A stretch of 64,000 bases of DNA from Catajapyx aquilonaris (lineage: Eukaryota). Each line of letters opens with the position of its first letter. Positions within the stretch are counted from its first letter, which is position 1. The translations under genes were made by a program, and so were the position numbers. This document shows, piece after piece, positions 1-12,527 of this stretch. Below the pieces are notes generated by a model. That model saw nothing but the letters and a program-made list of their open reading frames with translations, searched no databases and was not told the DNA's origin. The stretch spans positions 1-64,000 of the forward strand of contig KZ538260.1 in NCBI GenBank assembly GCA_000934665.2, in the 5' to 3' direction.

Positions 1-802
1 CAGAATGAAAAATGGTTAAATGGTAAAAACAAAATAAAGGGGGGGAAAAAGTTTATCACACCTGGTAATAGTCCGGCAGCTTAAAGCATACTGCTTTATG
101 TGAGGTAATTTGGTACATGGCACAGCCTACAAAGTAATGATTGCAAATGGGAAAGTTTTGGCTGCTAATGTGGATTTGGAGCTTGGAATAATGATTATTA
201 TCGACAGCCGGAATGAAAAATGGTTAAATGGTAAAAACAAAATAAAGGGGAGAAAAAAGTTTATCACACCTGGTAATAGTCCGGCAGCTTAAATCATGCT
301 GCTTTATGTGAGGTAATTTGGTACATGGCACAGCCTACAAAGTAATGACTTGCAAATGGGAAAGTTTTGGCTGCTAATGTGGATTTGGAGCTTGGAATAA
401 TGATTATTATCGACAGCCGGAATGAAAAATGGTTAAATGGTAAAAACAAAATAAAGGGGAGAAAAAAGTTTATCACACCTGGTAATAGTCCGGCAGCTTA
501 AAGCATGCTGCTTTATGTGAGGTAATTTGGTACATGGCACAGCCTACAAAGTAATGACTTGCAAATGGGAAAGTTTTGGCTGCTAATGTGGATTTGGAGC
601 TTGGAATAATGATTATTATCGACAGCCAGAATGAAAAATGGTTAAATGGTAAAAACAAAATAAAGGGGGGAAAAAAGTTTATCACACCTGGTAATAGTCC
701 GGCAGCTTAAAGCATGCTGCTTTATGTGAGGTAATTTGGTACATGGCACAGCCTACAAAGTAATGATTGCAAATGGGAAAGTTTTGGCTGCTAATGTGGA
801 TA
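1..802. repeat. Tandem repeat (satellite-like), ~208-209 bp unit, ~3.8 copies, runs off the window start
   Basis: GAATGAAAAATGGTTAAATGG recurs at 3, 211, 420 and 629 with near-identical intervening sequence. Confidence 0.95.
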
Positions 803-959
803 TTTGCCACATCTGTGATGTTACTGGTGGTTTTTGAATGTTACTGATTACGTATTTTGTATCTCTGGCACTCAATATGAATGTTTTGTAAATGTACAGC
901 ATTTATAATAATTTGGTAAAATGAGGTAATTCCAACACCAAATATAAATTTGCAAGGTA

Positions 960-1117
960 TAGTGTTGGTCATAAATCGAGGCAACTGCCAGCGACATTTT
1001 CTGAAGCGGCAGAAGAAGGAATCGAAGATAAGCATACTTACAAGCCGGGCGAGCAAGATTACTTCTGCCGCTTCCAAAAATGTCTCGGGCAGTTGCCTCG
1101 ATTTATGACCAACACTG
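960..1117. mobile_element. Tc1/mariner-type MITE (family shared with 22461-22633)
   Basis: ~30 bp TIR (t/c)AGTGTTGGTCATAAATCGAGGCAACTGCC...GGCAGTTGCCTCGATTTATGACCAACACTG, flanked by TA on both sides. Confidence 0.85.
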
Positions 1118-2266
1118 TACGTATATAATACGGCATAAAATGGAATCTAAAAATTACATCACTAGGGAGTAGTTCTTCTCTTTTCGATTTTATATTTATT
1201 TGATTTTAAAAAGAAAATTAGCATAGAAAATTTTAAATGTATTTTTCCACAAGTGATGGAATTACGTGGCAATTCTAACAGCACGCAATATTATAGGGGT
1301 TGGTCAGTTAGTTGCATTTATTCCAGATGGGGTAAATGCAACACTGGAATTGCGTATTTTGCAGTCATCATATTTTTATCTTTAAAAGAAGTCGTTTTGT
1401 GGCACTTTTTAGTGAAATTTAGTGACGTCCAATCATATCTGAACATCAATTTTTTAAATGCATATAAAGAACATATTTTATGGGCCAACATTATCACTCA
1501 AAACAGGCTTCAATATAATTATATATCAGAGATCTCCTAAAATAAGAAAGCCAATTTGAAGTTCAAGCATTTCATTTTTATTCGAGTTGGAAATAGCGTA
1601 ATATACTGGGGGATTCTAATATGAAGCACAATACCAGCAAGAAATATAGGTTCTTTTCCACTTCTAGTTTCAGCCCAATTATTTTCAATTTCACAATAAT
1701 TAAATTTATAACGAATCAAGCTTTTCATTTCTTTCACTTGTGTCTGCATTCAGTTGATTTTATGGTAGAACTAAGTGAACCCCTGTTTTGTAACATACCA
1801 CTTTCAATCTTCTGTTGTGTTACACCTATTCCTTGTATGTTAATGAAATTTTGTCTGCAATTACTCTGATCCAGTATCAAGACACTGTATTAATAAAATG
1901 AAAGTAATAAAAATTATAAAAATAAATAAACAATAATAGTGATAGAAAGAGCTCTGGTGATAGTAGTAGTAGTGTAGTGCTTTCACCCCTGTGGGACATA
2001 CCGGTATCACACATTCGCATACCTTTAATAAGCTTTCATTTTTTCAAAACTTTGCTGAAATGGGAAGGAGAATAGGTCTGAAGGGAGGTCGGTCCAGGAT
2101 AGTTTGAGTCATTTCTGACCCTCTGAAATCCGGAAATTGTTCTTGGCCCTGAGCAGAGAAGGGAGTGCAATATACTACCCACATACATCCATTGAAAAGC
2201 AGGAGGAAGGAACCCGACCACTGGAGGTGATGGTAACTGGATCTATAGGTAGCCTACACTACTATA

Positions 2267-3062
2267 GAGGGTGAAGGGAAACTCACGCCAAATCACCAGG
2301 TAGACTGATAGTACTCGCTAAACTAATATAGGGATGTGCAATTAGTTTTGGGCACTGTTGCGTAGTTAATGCGTAGACCACCGTTAAAGTTTCGTGACGT
2401 CCCCTCTGTTCTGCTTCTAAGAAGCAAAAGTCAGCTCGAGGGCCTCCGGCCCCTAGCTTTGGTCCCCTAACACAGCGGTTCTCAAACTGTGGTACGCGTA
2501 CCACTGGTGGTACTTCAAGCTCATGTGGCCTGCGCATATGACTTTGCAGTCGTTTTACCACCTGTCTATACACCTCGCGCTTTTAAACAACTATTCTTTA
2601 ACTAGTTTTATATCACTTTAACCTCATAATTATAGTCATTACAGTGATTATAGTGACATTTTCTTCAAAACAACACGGGTGTAAATGAACCATTCATTGA
2701 CAGTGGTACTTCAGTTTACTGATCCTCACGGAGTGGTACTTGTTCAAAAAAGTTTGAGAACCACTGCCCTAACACATCATCCATGTTCAATAGGTGATCA
2801 AATCCCATCAGAGTAAGAATCCGGGTACGACACCCGTGCACTTTGTCGTTTTTACCCCGTATTTTACCATCCAGCCCTCTACACTTTAAAGGCGCCGTAC
2901 GCATTAACTACGCAATGGAGCCAAAAACTAATTGCACATCCCTATATTAGTTTTGTGAGTACTATCAGTCTTGGTGTGGAGCCTTTATGGTCTGGTCGCC
3001 GTAACTCTGACACAGTACTATCAGTCTACCTGGCGATTGTCCGCGAGTGTCCCTTCACCCTG
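2267..3062. mobile_element. Diverged Tc1/mariner-type MITE hosting a nested hAT MITE
   Basis: Ends (g/c)AGGGTGAAGGG...CCCTTCACCCTG with TA/TG flanks; ~2270-2375 is the reverse complement of ~2897-2971 plus ~3015-3060. Confidence 0.7.
2473..2766. mobile_element. hAT (Buster/Charlie-type) MITE
   Basis: TIR CAGCGGTTCTCAAACT...AGTTTGAGAACCACTG; perfect 8-bp TSD CCCTAACA (2465-2472, 2767-2774) with the central TA typical of Buster-type hATs. Confidence 0.92.
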
Positions 3063-3428
3063 TGTTGCTGAAAAGATGAGACAATATTTTGCATTAGGTT
3101 TCAATGCAAAATCATCCCCATCTTTTTGAACGATATCAGGGGTTGACATACGGATGCAAAGGTGCAGTTTGTACTCCCAAAAGTTGTTACAATGGCACTG
3201 AAATGTGAGAAATGGAAAGATACAGTAAATACAGTATGGTAAGGATTTGGTACTGTTTCCTAGAGTGGAGAACTCTTTTTTTGTCTTCATTGCTTGTGCA
3301 AGGTTTCATGCACAGGATGTCTGTCCATAATATACACTTTGGATGTTGCATGTTTTTAAAATCGTTCATTGTAGCTGACTTAAGGGTGGGATAAAGGTCC
3401 CGGCGCTTATGGAGGCTGACATGTTAAA

Positions 3429-4043
3429 TGTCGGGCCTAATAACTCCGTAATTACTGAACAGAATGACATGAAATTTTTGACACAACACAACCCTTGTCG
3501 GCTACGTTGAGCGAAACCTGTTTTATGGATTCAGTTATTTATGAAAACAATGAAACAGAGGAATTTGAAGGCATGTGAGGAAATAATGTCCTGTGAAGAA
3601 TAAGGACCAAATGAGCAAATTCGCTCAACACACCAGTGATGTAGAATGCTGGGACGAATGGGAAAAAAATAATCATGTCCTTTAGTGAAGTGTCAACAGT
3701 GTCATTAGAAGTCATTAGAAGCTCATGGAGATGCACATGTTCGGACACGTTAGCGTTTGGCATCATCACGTCATGCAGACAGAACCAATTGACATGCAAA
3801 TTTTCGTTGCAGCATTCTACATTACTGGTGTGTTGAGCGATTTTGCTCATTTGGTCCTTATTCTTCACAGGACATTATTTCCTCACATGCCTTCAAATTC
3901 CTCTTAGTTTCGTGGTTTTCATAATTAACTGAATCCCTAAAACAGGTTTCGCTCAACATAGCCCTGACAAAAGGGTTGTTGTGCCGTGTTGTGTCAAAAA
4001 TTTCATATTCTGTTCAGTAATTACGGAGTTATTAGGCCCGACA
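3429..4043. mobile_element. Foldback/MITE with ~220 bp inverted arms, superfamily unassigned
   Basis: TGTCGGGCCTAATAACTCCGTAATTACTGAAC... at the left end and its reverse complement ...GTTATTAGGCCCGACA at the right; arms ~3429-3650 and ~3810-4043; possible AAA TSD. Confidence 0.8.
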
Positions 4044-5084
4044 AAATAGTCCTATTTCACTTTCGAAAGCAGTACAAAATAAGCACTCGCACCATAAATA
4101 AAGTAACTAAAATTCATTCTCCTTAAATATTTAACTCATCATACTGTGTACACTGCACCCATTCCTCACCACCCTTGGGCATGTTTAAGACCAATCTAAC
4201 TAACATGCAGGGGGGCATGCAGGGAAAGTCTTAGGAGGGTCACCACGAATGTGTCCAGACTTTAGGGTCACCATGCATGTGTCCAGACTTCAATACTGAT
4301 GATAAGCAATCAATTCACTCCCCCCAATACTGATCCGATTTTAAAGACGTATTCACGTCAAAAGCTTCGGCTTGTGTTCCCGACACTCCGTTAGTTGTTA
4401 GGGATGAATAGAAGAGAAAAGTTAAGTGTGGGTTGTGTGGGTCATTATTGCAGTGGCCAGTGGGTATTAAAGCCTTGTGGTTGGTTAGAAAGGCATGTTA
4501 TGTGAATACCGTGGCAACAGCTAAAACGACCACTGAAATCTTGATATCGAAATCCCGCACCTGAAATTCCAGCAAATTGATTTGAATGGTCAGCAGCCGA
4601 TTCTCAAGGAATTGCAGTATACGTACAAACTTGCTGTAACTAATTTTGAAATTAATCCTATCTGAATTCCAGAGATCAATTCCATTCTGAATTGTAGTAA
4701 ATATTATAATGAAGGTAATCAATTTCGATCGTATTTGATAATTATATTCTTCAATTCTATTCCGATAAGGATTTTGTAAACGGCAATTTAATTCAATTCA
4801 TGTGAGGTTGTTATAAATCAAATTAATTGAATTCCATTCATTAATTTAGAATTAACTCTGAATTATGTCAAATCCAGATTGATTTGTGCCTATCACTGGA
4901 TCCTTAATTGGTTATCCAAAACACTTTTTTTTCCTTCGTTTTTTTTTTTCTATTTTAAGGAACATAGGTGCATAGAAGTTTTAAGTTTAGTCTATAATCT
5001 TGCCTGCCATGGGGCATAATAACATATATGGGAAAAGCTGAATACATTTAGTGAAAAAAAAATCATGAAAGTAGCCATGCACAC

Positions 5085-5810
5085 TGTTTCACTGTGCCCC
5101 ACTAGTGGGGCACAGTGAAACACCAGTGGAGTAGAGTGAAACAGTACATCAGAATCTCACTAGCTAACATCATACTGCCAAAATCAATGTTAAAAAATCT
5201 GTGTAATGGACAGAATGCAGAAAACAGAAGAAAATAAGAACAGCAAGAAAAAAAAAGCACAAAAAACCTTTTCCCTGTACCGGTAGAGAATGATAATCTC
5301 ATTAGTTAACATTCATGGACCCAAAATCCACGTAAAAACAAAAGAAACCTTCTGCCTCTTCGTTGCACCTGCACAGGTAGGCTTTGGCAGAATCATTTTG
5401 ATGTCACCTTCTGGCACCATTCTGGAACATTGTTCCACTGTGCCCCACCATGCTTTTCACACATTTCATTTGAGCCTGCTAGGTCTGACGGACACAGGCT
5501 GGTATACCTTCACATGCATTTGCAGCAGCAGCACTTTGCACCCTTCAAAGCATGACAGTGGCCCAAGTTAAAAACAAGTAAACAATTACAACTCAACCCC
5601 ACCAGCAGAATTTCACATTACATAACAGAATGATGTGGCCTATGGATTTCTGCAACACTTAGGTAAGCAGCAACGTAAACACAGGATTGACAAGTGCAGG
5701 AGCAGGACACCTATTCACCACATGGAGCTGCTGGCTCTGACTTCATATTTACTATTTTTCAAGCCTGCTGTTTCACTGTGCCCCATGTTCCACTGTGCCC
5801 CACTCTCCCC
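5085..5810. mobile_element. Right-hand part of a TA-targeting (pogo-like) DNA element with CACTGTGCCCCA subterminal motifs
   Basis: Motif TGTTTCACTGTGCCCCA at 5085 (perfect hairpin 5085-5122), ~5431 and twice at 5769-5802; ends ...CACTCTCCCC followed by TA. No matching left end was found in the window. Confidence 0.5.
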
Positions 5811-5948
5811 TACAATGTTCCTCGTTGTTTTGTTGTAAAAAAAATCTCCGTTATGGCCATTTGCCTACTCTTAGATTCAAGGATTCAATTGTCACAATAG
5901 AGACAAACACTTCTTTCGATATGTCTGGTAGACGGAGATCAGGAAATG
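5811..5948 (+). mobile_element. Internal fragment of the Tigger-like element family (see 21346-21611 and 31605-32080)
   Basis: ACAATGTTCCTC...GGTAGACGGAGATCAGGAAATG aligns with ~31769-31908. Confidence 0.75.
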
Positions 5949-7512
5949 CCTTTTGTATCGGTCTGACCGCTACAGCAGCAAACATGCTTTTTGAAAGGGG
6001 AGGGAGGTGGATATGTGTCTGACACAACAATAGGCCTACTATAATTATATCCATGAGGTCAGCATCTGAGCATGACATACTGGTACTTCATAAAAGAATG
6101 ACTAGCATCAAGCCTGTGTGTAGCTCTGACATTCATTGATGTTTATTTAAAATGGTCTCATTCAGTGACTTATTGAGAGAGTGCATTACAGTGGAACCCT
6201 AACTTCCCTAACAGCCGCCCTTAGTGAAGAATCTCCACTGTATTTCCCCACAGTAATAATCTGGGTATGGGCTACTTAACATCACTTCAAGGGATATCAC
6301 ACGGACCTTTATTTATCCAAGATACATAGGCTTATTATATTGGAACCTTTTTGGGAAATGCCAGGGTCTGCGGCAGGGAAGGGTGAGTGGAAGGGACAGT
6401 ACCGTTCAAGGTGAAAATACAATGTCGTTGCGTGTGTGAGAACTTACTGATGTACGGTACAGTACTTACAGTACCGGTACCTGTAATGGACAAAATAATG
6501 GGTTATGATATTTTTAATGACAACAAAATAAAAAACCAAAGGTGGAAGGGAAAACGTCCAAGCTCTCTCCCAAGTCACACTACCCTGTAATGTTTGTACG
6601 CTTTACTCCGTAGACTCGCCCAGACTACTGGTCCCCGTAAATTTACGCCTGCCTGTACTTTTAAGAGCCAGAGAGGCAAGATACCAGCGGAGTGGCGTCA
6701 GGCAGCCGTTAGCGTTACTGCCTGCGCTTGGAGTCGGTGCTTGTTGAGCAGGGGGTTTGAGGAGGCTACAAAATCAAAGGGAACAAGGTAACTTGCAGTC
6801 ATATATTCGTCTCATATTCTCACCTGATAATTCCCACACTTGGTAGCCTCTTAAAACACCAGTGGTTCATTAGGTAGGTTCGCTGGGTGAAACCGTCCCA
6901 GTCGGTTCAGAAGTAGTAGGAACATGAGATAGCATGTTTAGGTGCAGTTGTAGAGATGCAGACCAAGATGGACCCATTTATGTTTGCCCCCAGCCATTTG
7001 TGGTTGGCTAAAACCAGTAGGACAAACTCCACTTGTTGCTTTTCCTTATGGGTAGGTTTGCTGGCAGTCTCGCTGGCAGTACTTCACCCATAGTACTGTA
7101 CCACATCAAGCTGTGCAAATGTGCAACTTGGGACAGGGTGTTCCAAGTTCATGGGTCCTTTTAAAGTAGGAGATTTGGATAAAAGCTGATATATTTTGTA
7201 TCATGTTGCCCCCCTAACCAGATGCCCTATTCTATAGCCACTGCTACATTCGACCACTAGTAGCCTACTGAGGAACCTGGATCAGGACGCAACATGCTAC
7301 ACAAAAATAACTACAATAGCAGACCTCTCAACTCTCCCACATTGTGCGGGGGACTGCCGCATTCGGACCCCTTTCCCCCCCACCCCCCCTCCCCCACACG
7401 CATCGCCATTTCCCCCGCTAATTGTGGTTTTACACTTTTACTCAACTATACTAAATACAACTGAACTGGCTGCTAGTGCTAGCCTGCTACGGTGCTCGTG
7501 ATTCATTCCGCC

Positions 7513-7599
7513 CTGTAGTGCCCTCTCATGCTTGAGTCCCTAACTTTCTTTGACTAAACAAAGTTTAGTTACGAACTCAAGCATGAGAGGGCACTACAG
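7513..7599. repeat. Short hairpin / mini inverted-repeat element
   Basis: 25-bp perfect arms CTGTAGTGCCCTCTCATGCTTGAGT / ACTCAAGCATGAGAGGGCACTACAG. Confidence 0.75.
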
Positions 7600-8082
7600 T
7601 ACATGGTTGATAGTTGAACATCTACAAACCAAGTGTTATTATTAATTTTCAGTTGCACTTTTGGGAATATCTCACGAAACTTACCGTGGAAACAACTGCG
7701 CATGCATTAATGCCACAATGTTTGCAAAATTTGTTGTATATTTCACTAATTTATACACATGTGAGACTTAAATTTCTCTCCAACAGTAATCTCCAGATAC
7801 ACAGGAATATCAGTGTCAGTTTAAATTGAAATCCCCCTCATTACTAACCAATCCCTCTCATTTTCATAGGCGGTACCCCTCATTTGGTCTCAACCTAGTT
7901 GAGAGGTCTGCAATAGAACCCTGATTATTATCTGACTCCTCGGTTTATCCGACCGTCCCACTCCAGCAATAAATCAATGTTTTCTCATCAAATACTGAAT
8001 TGTAGGTCTGACTGCCCAAGTGAAAACCCGGTATCTTTGAAAATCACACAAATGGAGATAAATGCACCATTGTCCATTGCAC

Positions 8083-9218
8083 CAGTGTTGTGAACCAAAC
8101 CGAACCCTTGCTCCGTGACCCCAACAACAGCGAACCCGATCCGGAGCAGTAGAGTCGGGTTCGGAGCGAGCGTCGGAACGGGGTTCGGGTTCAAGGCGGC
8201 TCCGGAGTTGAGTGGAGCGAAGGTCGGAGCTGGTTCGGAGCGAGTGCCGGAACGGGGTTCAGGTTCAAGCCGGTTCAGGGGAAGAGTGGAGTGAAGGTCG
8301 GAGCTGGTTCAGAGCGAACGGCTCCGGAGTTGAACCCGGTTCAGGAGCGGGGTTCGGAGCGTGTTCCGGATCGGGTTCGGAGCGGTTCAAAGCTTGGTTA
8401 GGTACAACATACCAACCCAACAGGGGGAAAGGCAGCAAAACCGCTGGATTTACTCCAGAGTATGCATCATGTTTTCATGGTGGGAGAATGACATTTCCCA
8501 GCACCCGCGATACAGGGTGTACCGCTAATGTCACATTTTCATGTCATGCGCATTTTTGTATGCCACAATATGTCATACCCATTTTTTGGATGTCACATTC
8601 TCATGTCATATTATGCATTTTTTGTATGTTACAATAATATGATATTGTGACATACAAAAAATCGGTATGAGATATTGTGGCATACAAAAATGCGTATGAC
8701 ATATTGTAACATACAAAAATGCGCATGACATATTGTAACATACCAAAATGCGCATGACATGAAAATGTGACATTTGCGGTACACCCTGTATCGCGGGAGC
8801 TGGGAAATGTTATTCTCCCACCATGAAAACATGATGCATACTCTGGAGTAAATCCAGCGGTTTTGCTGCCTTTCCCCCTGTTGGGTTGGTATGTTGTACC
8901 TAACCAAGCTTTGAACCGCTCCGAACCCGATCCGGAACACGCTCCGAACCCCGCTCCTGAACCGGGTTCAACTCCGGAGCCGTTCGCTCCGAACCAGCTC
9001 CGACCTTCACTCCACTCTTCCCCTGAACCGGCTTGAACCCGAACCCCTTTCTGGCGCTCGCTCCGAACCAGCTCCGACCTTGGCTCCACTCAACTCCGGA
9101 GCCGCCTTGAACCCGAACCCCGTTCCGACGCTCGCTCCGAACCCGACTCTACTGCTCCGGATTGGGTTCGCTGTTATCGGGTTCACGGAGCAAGGGTTCG
9201 GTTCGGTTCACAACCCTG
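8083..9218. mobile_element. 1.1-kb composite palindromic hAT-like element
   Basis: Termini CAGTGTTGTGAACC...GGTTCACAACCCTG; 8-bp TSD CATTGCAC/GATTGCAC; the ~470-bp arms are near-perfect reverse complements; GGTTCGG subterminal repeats. Confidence 0.88.
8513..8788. mobile_element. Tc1/mariner-like MITE at the centre of the 8083-9218 palindrome
   Basis: TA-CAGGGTGTACCGC...GCGGTACACCCTG-TA; internal ~29-bp repeats (ATATTGTAACATACAAAAATGCGCATGAC). Confidence 0.7.
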
Positions 9219-9426
9219 GATTGCACTCCTCTTTGCAAGCCACATCTTTTGATACCAAGCCCATAACTGCATGAGCAACCCTTGCAAAATTTTTGCTAAT
9301 TGAAATCATGCACTTATACGATAATGGAAACAAAAAACTTCAAACACGAATATCTCGAAATGACAGAAAGCCGAGATACAGGGTTTTCATGTGGGCCGTC
9401 AGAGGTCTTCTAAGCATTTGTTTTGT

Positions 9427-10770
9427 AATTGAACCTCGGAATCGGAAAACAGGTTAAGTGGACTTCAAAATGACTTGGCACTTATGCACTTGTTGCTCTG
9501 AGCCTCGCTGTACGCCAAACGGAGCGTCGCAGGCGCACAGAACTCGGGTGGTAGGTGCGCCTGGCGAATCCATGACGATACAAGGTGTCAGGAATCCGAT
9601 ACGAGTAACGAGTGACGAATGGGAGCGGTGTCTTTGACCCCCCACCCTCTGGACACCCCCGTAAAGTTAACCTGTTTTCTGACTCCCATGCGAGTTCGAG
9701 GCCACGTTGACCCCTCTGCAGGTCACAGTGATTGTCGCACTTGGGTTTAAAAAATTTGGTATTTTTCTTGCGGCGAATGCGTACCTATCCCCGGTATCAC
9801 AATACCGATAGCACAAACGAGTCAAATGCGGCACTGGTTTTTCTTACCCCCATCCCTTTTTTATTTCCGATTCCAATGCCTTCTTTTTAGTGTACAGTAG
9901 ATACATATTTTAAAACAGATAAAGGAATATGGTCAATAAAAGTAACTGGAAACATCAATATATGTCGTGTGGAACTGCTTTTTATACCAAAGCCGTATCA
10001 GATATCACATAATTGCGTAGGCTACAATGTACAACATATGCTGCTGCATGTTGCTAATGGTGTCGCCAACCGGTTGTGTACAGTACATAGGTGTGCATGC
10101 TGTGTACACATACCTACACCAAGTATAATCTACTGCACTATAGGCGACATCCCAGGAGGGGGATCAGATAAACCAGTGCCGCATTTGACTCGTCTGTGCT
10201 GTCGGTTTCGTGACACCAGGGATAAGTTCGAATTCGCCGCTAGAAAAACGCTATTTTGGTTTGGTTCAGGTGCGACAATCACTGTGACCTGCAGAGGGGT
10301 AAACGTGGCCTCGAACTCACATTGGAATCGTTAATAAAAAGGGATGGGGGTAAGAAAAACCAGTGCCGCATTTGACTCGTTTGTCCTATCGGTATCGTGA
10401 TACCGGGGATAGGTACGCATTCGCCGCAAGAAAAATACCAAATTTTTTAAACCCAAGTGCGACAATCACTGTGACCTGCAGAGGGGTCAACGTGGCCTCG
10501 AACTCGCATGGGAGTCGGAAAACAGGTTAACTTTGCGGGGGTGTCCAGAGGGTGGGGGGTCAAAGACACCGCTCCCATTCGTCACTTGTTACTCGTATCG
10601 GATTCCTGACACCTTGTATCGTCATGGATTCGCCAGGTGCACCTACCACCCGAGTTCGGTGCGCCTGCGACGCTCCGTTTGGCGTACAGCGAGGCTCAGA
10701 GCAACAAGTGCATAAGTGCCAAGTCATTTTGAAGTCCCCTTAACCTGTTTTCCGATTCCGAGGTTCAATT
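9427..10770. mobile_element. Foldback element with ~450 bp inverted arms
   Basis: 9427-9878 is the reverse complement of ~10320-10770; weaker inverted similarity extends to 9401/10799; an extra diverged ~160-bp subunit lies at ~10170-10330. Confidence 0.85.
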
Positions 10771-11150
10771 GTAAAACTCTGCATGGTTAAAAGACCTCTT
10801 CCATTGGAAATTGGTGTGTTGTGTTGTTCCCGAATGCTGCACTGTAAAATGCTATAACCACTCTTTATTATTGTTAGTTTGATGTGCCACATAAATATTG
10901 TTGCCTGTGAAGCAATAAACCTATTACCCAGTCTGTAGACACCCTAAGATAAGGCGGAGGTGATATTTCTAAAGCATATTGATTCAGCCTCAGAATATCT
11001 GTGACATCACAATGGAGAACAATGACTGTCGACAATATCATCAATGGAACTTGCAATTAAAGGCATGTGATATAATAGGCCTACTATTCTAATGCTGAGT
11101 ACATAACATACAGGGAGCTCCTGACTTGTGCAATTGATGGTCCTACAACA

Positions 11151-11979
11151 TCTATATCAATAAAGACGTGTGTGAGTCTGTCTGTCTTTCTGTCTGTCTG
11201 TCTGTCCACTCACCAATGCCATCTGGATGCGGTCCTTCTCCCGTCTGTCATCGTCATTTGCCTGCTACACCTTCAACCTCTCCCGCCTGTATAACCCCAA
11301 CCATCATTTGCCTGCCATCTGTGGTCTCTCTGCAACACCTCCAACCTCTCCCGGCCTTCCTAATCTATCAATAAAGATGAATGTGATTCTGTCTGTCTGT
11401 CTGTCTGTCAGTCCCTCCAGCACGCCAACCATCTCATTTGCCTGCCGTCTGTGGTCCGCTTCCTGCACCTCCAACCTCTCCCGTCCTTCCGACCCGGCCA
11501 GCCCCCGGACACTACCTCTACATTCTTATCTAATCGCCTGTCGGGGCGTTTTGCAGGAGGTGCTCACCTGAGAGTGCCATGAGACCTTTCACGGAGCATT
11601 TATGTGGCGACCCTACCGGACTACGCTGAACTTTATAGGTACAAAAGCGAAGCACGACATTGGGGGACCCAACATGGTCGGGCAGCCATGTTGGGCCCAC
11701 ATGTCCCCTTTTGTACCTATAAAGTTCAGCGTAGTCCGGTAGGGTCGCCACATAAATGCTCCGTGAAAGGTCTCATGGCACTCTCAGGTGAGCACCTCCT
11801 GCAAAACGCCCCGACAGGGGTAGGTGGGGGTGTCCAGACCTTAGTAGTCTATGACCATGGACCCGGCCTTCCTAAAAGTGTCATGGCGGCTCTCTGTGCG
11901 TGAAAATTTTTATGGGGCTACAGGCAGGTGTTATCCCTTCATTCATTTATTCCCAGGCAATGCCGGGTGTCGCAGCTAG
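11151..11979 (+). mobile_element. Non-autonomous Helitron
   Basis: Inserted between A and T; 5' TCTATATCAATAAAG followed by (TCTG)n; 3' CCCAGGCAATGCCGGG hairpin then CTAG; the 5' module is repeated at ~11364. Confidence 0.85.
11537..11818. repeat. Near-perfect palindrome (~113 bp arms) inside the Helitron
   Basis: CCTGTCGGGGCGTTTTGCAGG...ACAAAAG at the left and its reverse complement ending ...CGCCCCGACAGG. Confidence 0.85.
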
Positions 11980-12310
11980 TTATACATAAGTGGAATATAT
12001 GCTTTATTGAATCATACAGACTATACAGTAACACTGTACTATACCTTACACATCGAAACTGGAGTCAGCGTCTTATTCAATGGAATCCCTTTTGAATGGG
12101 ATGGTATTCCCTTCTTGGCCCTAATGGCGCATGTCCGTCACATGTAAACTTACAGTTAGTAAGGGAATGCGTTGCAGTGGGCAGGTCCGAGTTGCCACTC
12201 ACTGTAATTTTCTATTTCTTCTTGCAATTTCTGAAATTTTATTCATCGCCAGTTTGTCAGCTCTGCAGATTTTTTGTGCGTGTGGGAAATTTTAAACCAT
12301 AGTCCATATA

Positions 12311-12457
12311 GGGCCGTTTTCTCGAACAGTGGTTCAAATGTAAACTGGGTTCAAAGCCAGTTTAATCCCTGTTTTGATTGTTGTTAGGCTGTTGTCAAGG
12401 GTTTAAACCGGCTTTGAACCGGGTTTACATTTGAACCACTGTTCGAGAAAACGGCCC
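12311..12457. mobile_element. PIF/Harbinger-type MITE
   Basis: TIR GGGCCGTTTTCTCGAACAGTGGTTCAAATGTAAAC...GGCCC; 3-bp TSD ATA on both sides. Confidence 0.88.
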
Positions 12458-12527
12458 ATAGTCTACATAAGCCAGGGGTTGCCTGGAGGTAGTTGGTGTG
12501 AACCTGAAGTGCATCACAACTTTTTAG

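Noticed and set aside
110..685. Repeated 60-70 aa ORFs
   Set aside because: By-products of the tandem repeat; no protein motif.
1..802. 209-bp tandem repeat as a hammerhead retrozyme array or CRISPR array
   Set aside because: No CTGANGA...GAAA core on either strand, and units are wholly repeated with no unique spacers.
6188..6242. TACAGTGGA...TCCACTGTA mini-element
   Set aside because: Only 9 bp of inverted match; too weak to call.
6690..6787. Possible upstream non-coding exon of the ZNF gene (donor AAG|GTAACT)
   Set aside because: Plausible, since the ATG at 12528 follows an acceptor, but a donor-like site alone is insufficient.
8212..9089. Paired similar ORFs on opposite strands (also 9454/10552, 11530/11604, 14410/14817, 19819/20863)
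   Set aside because: Explained by palindromic transposon arms; not genes.
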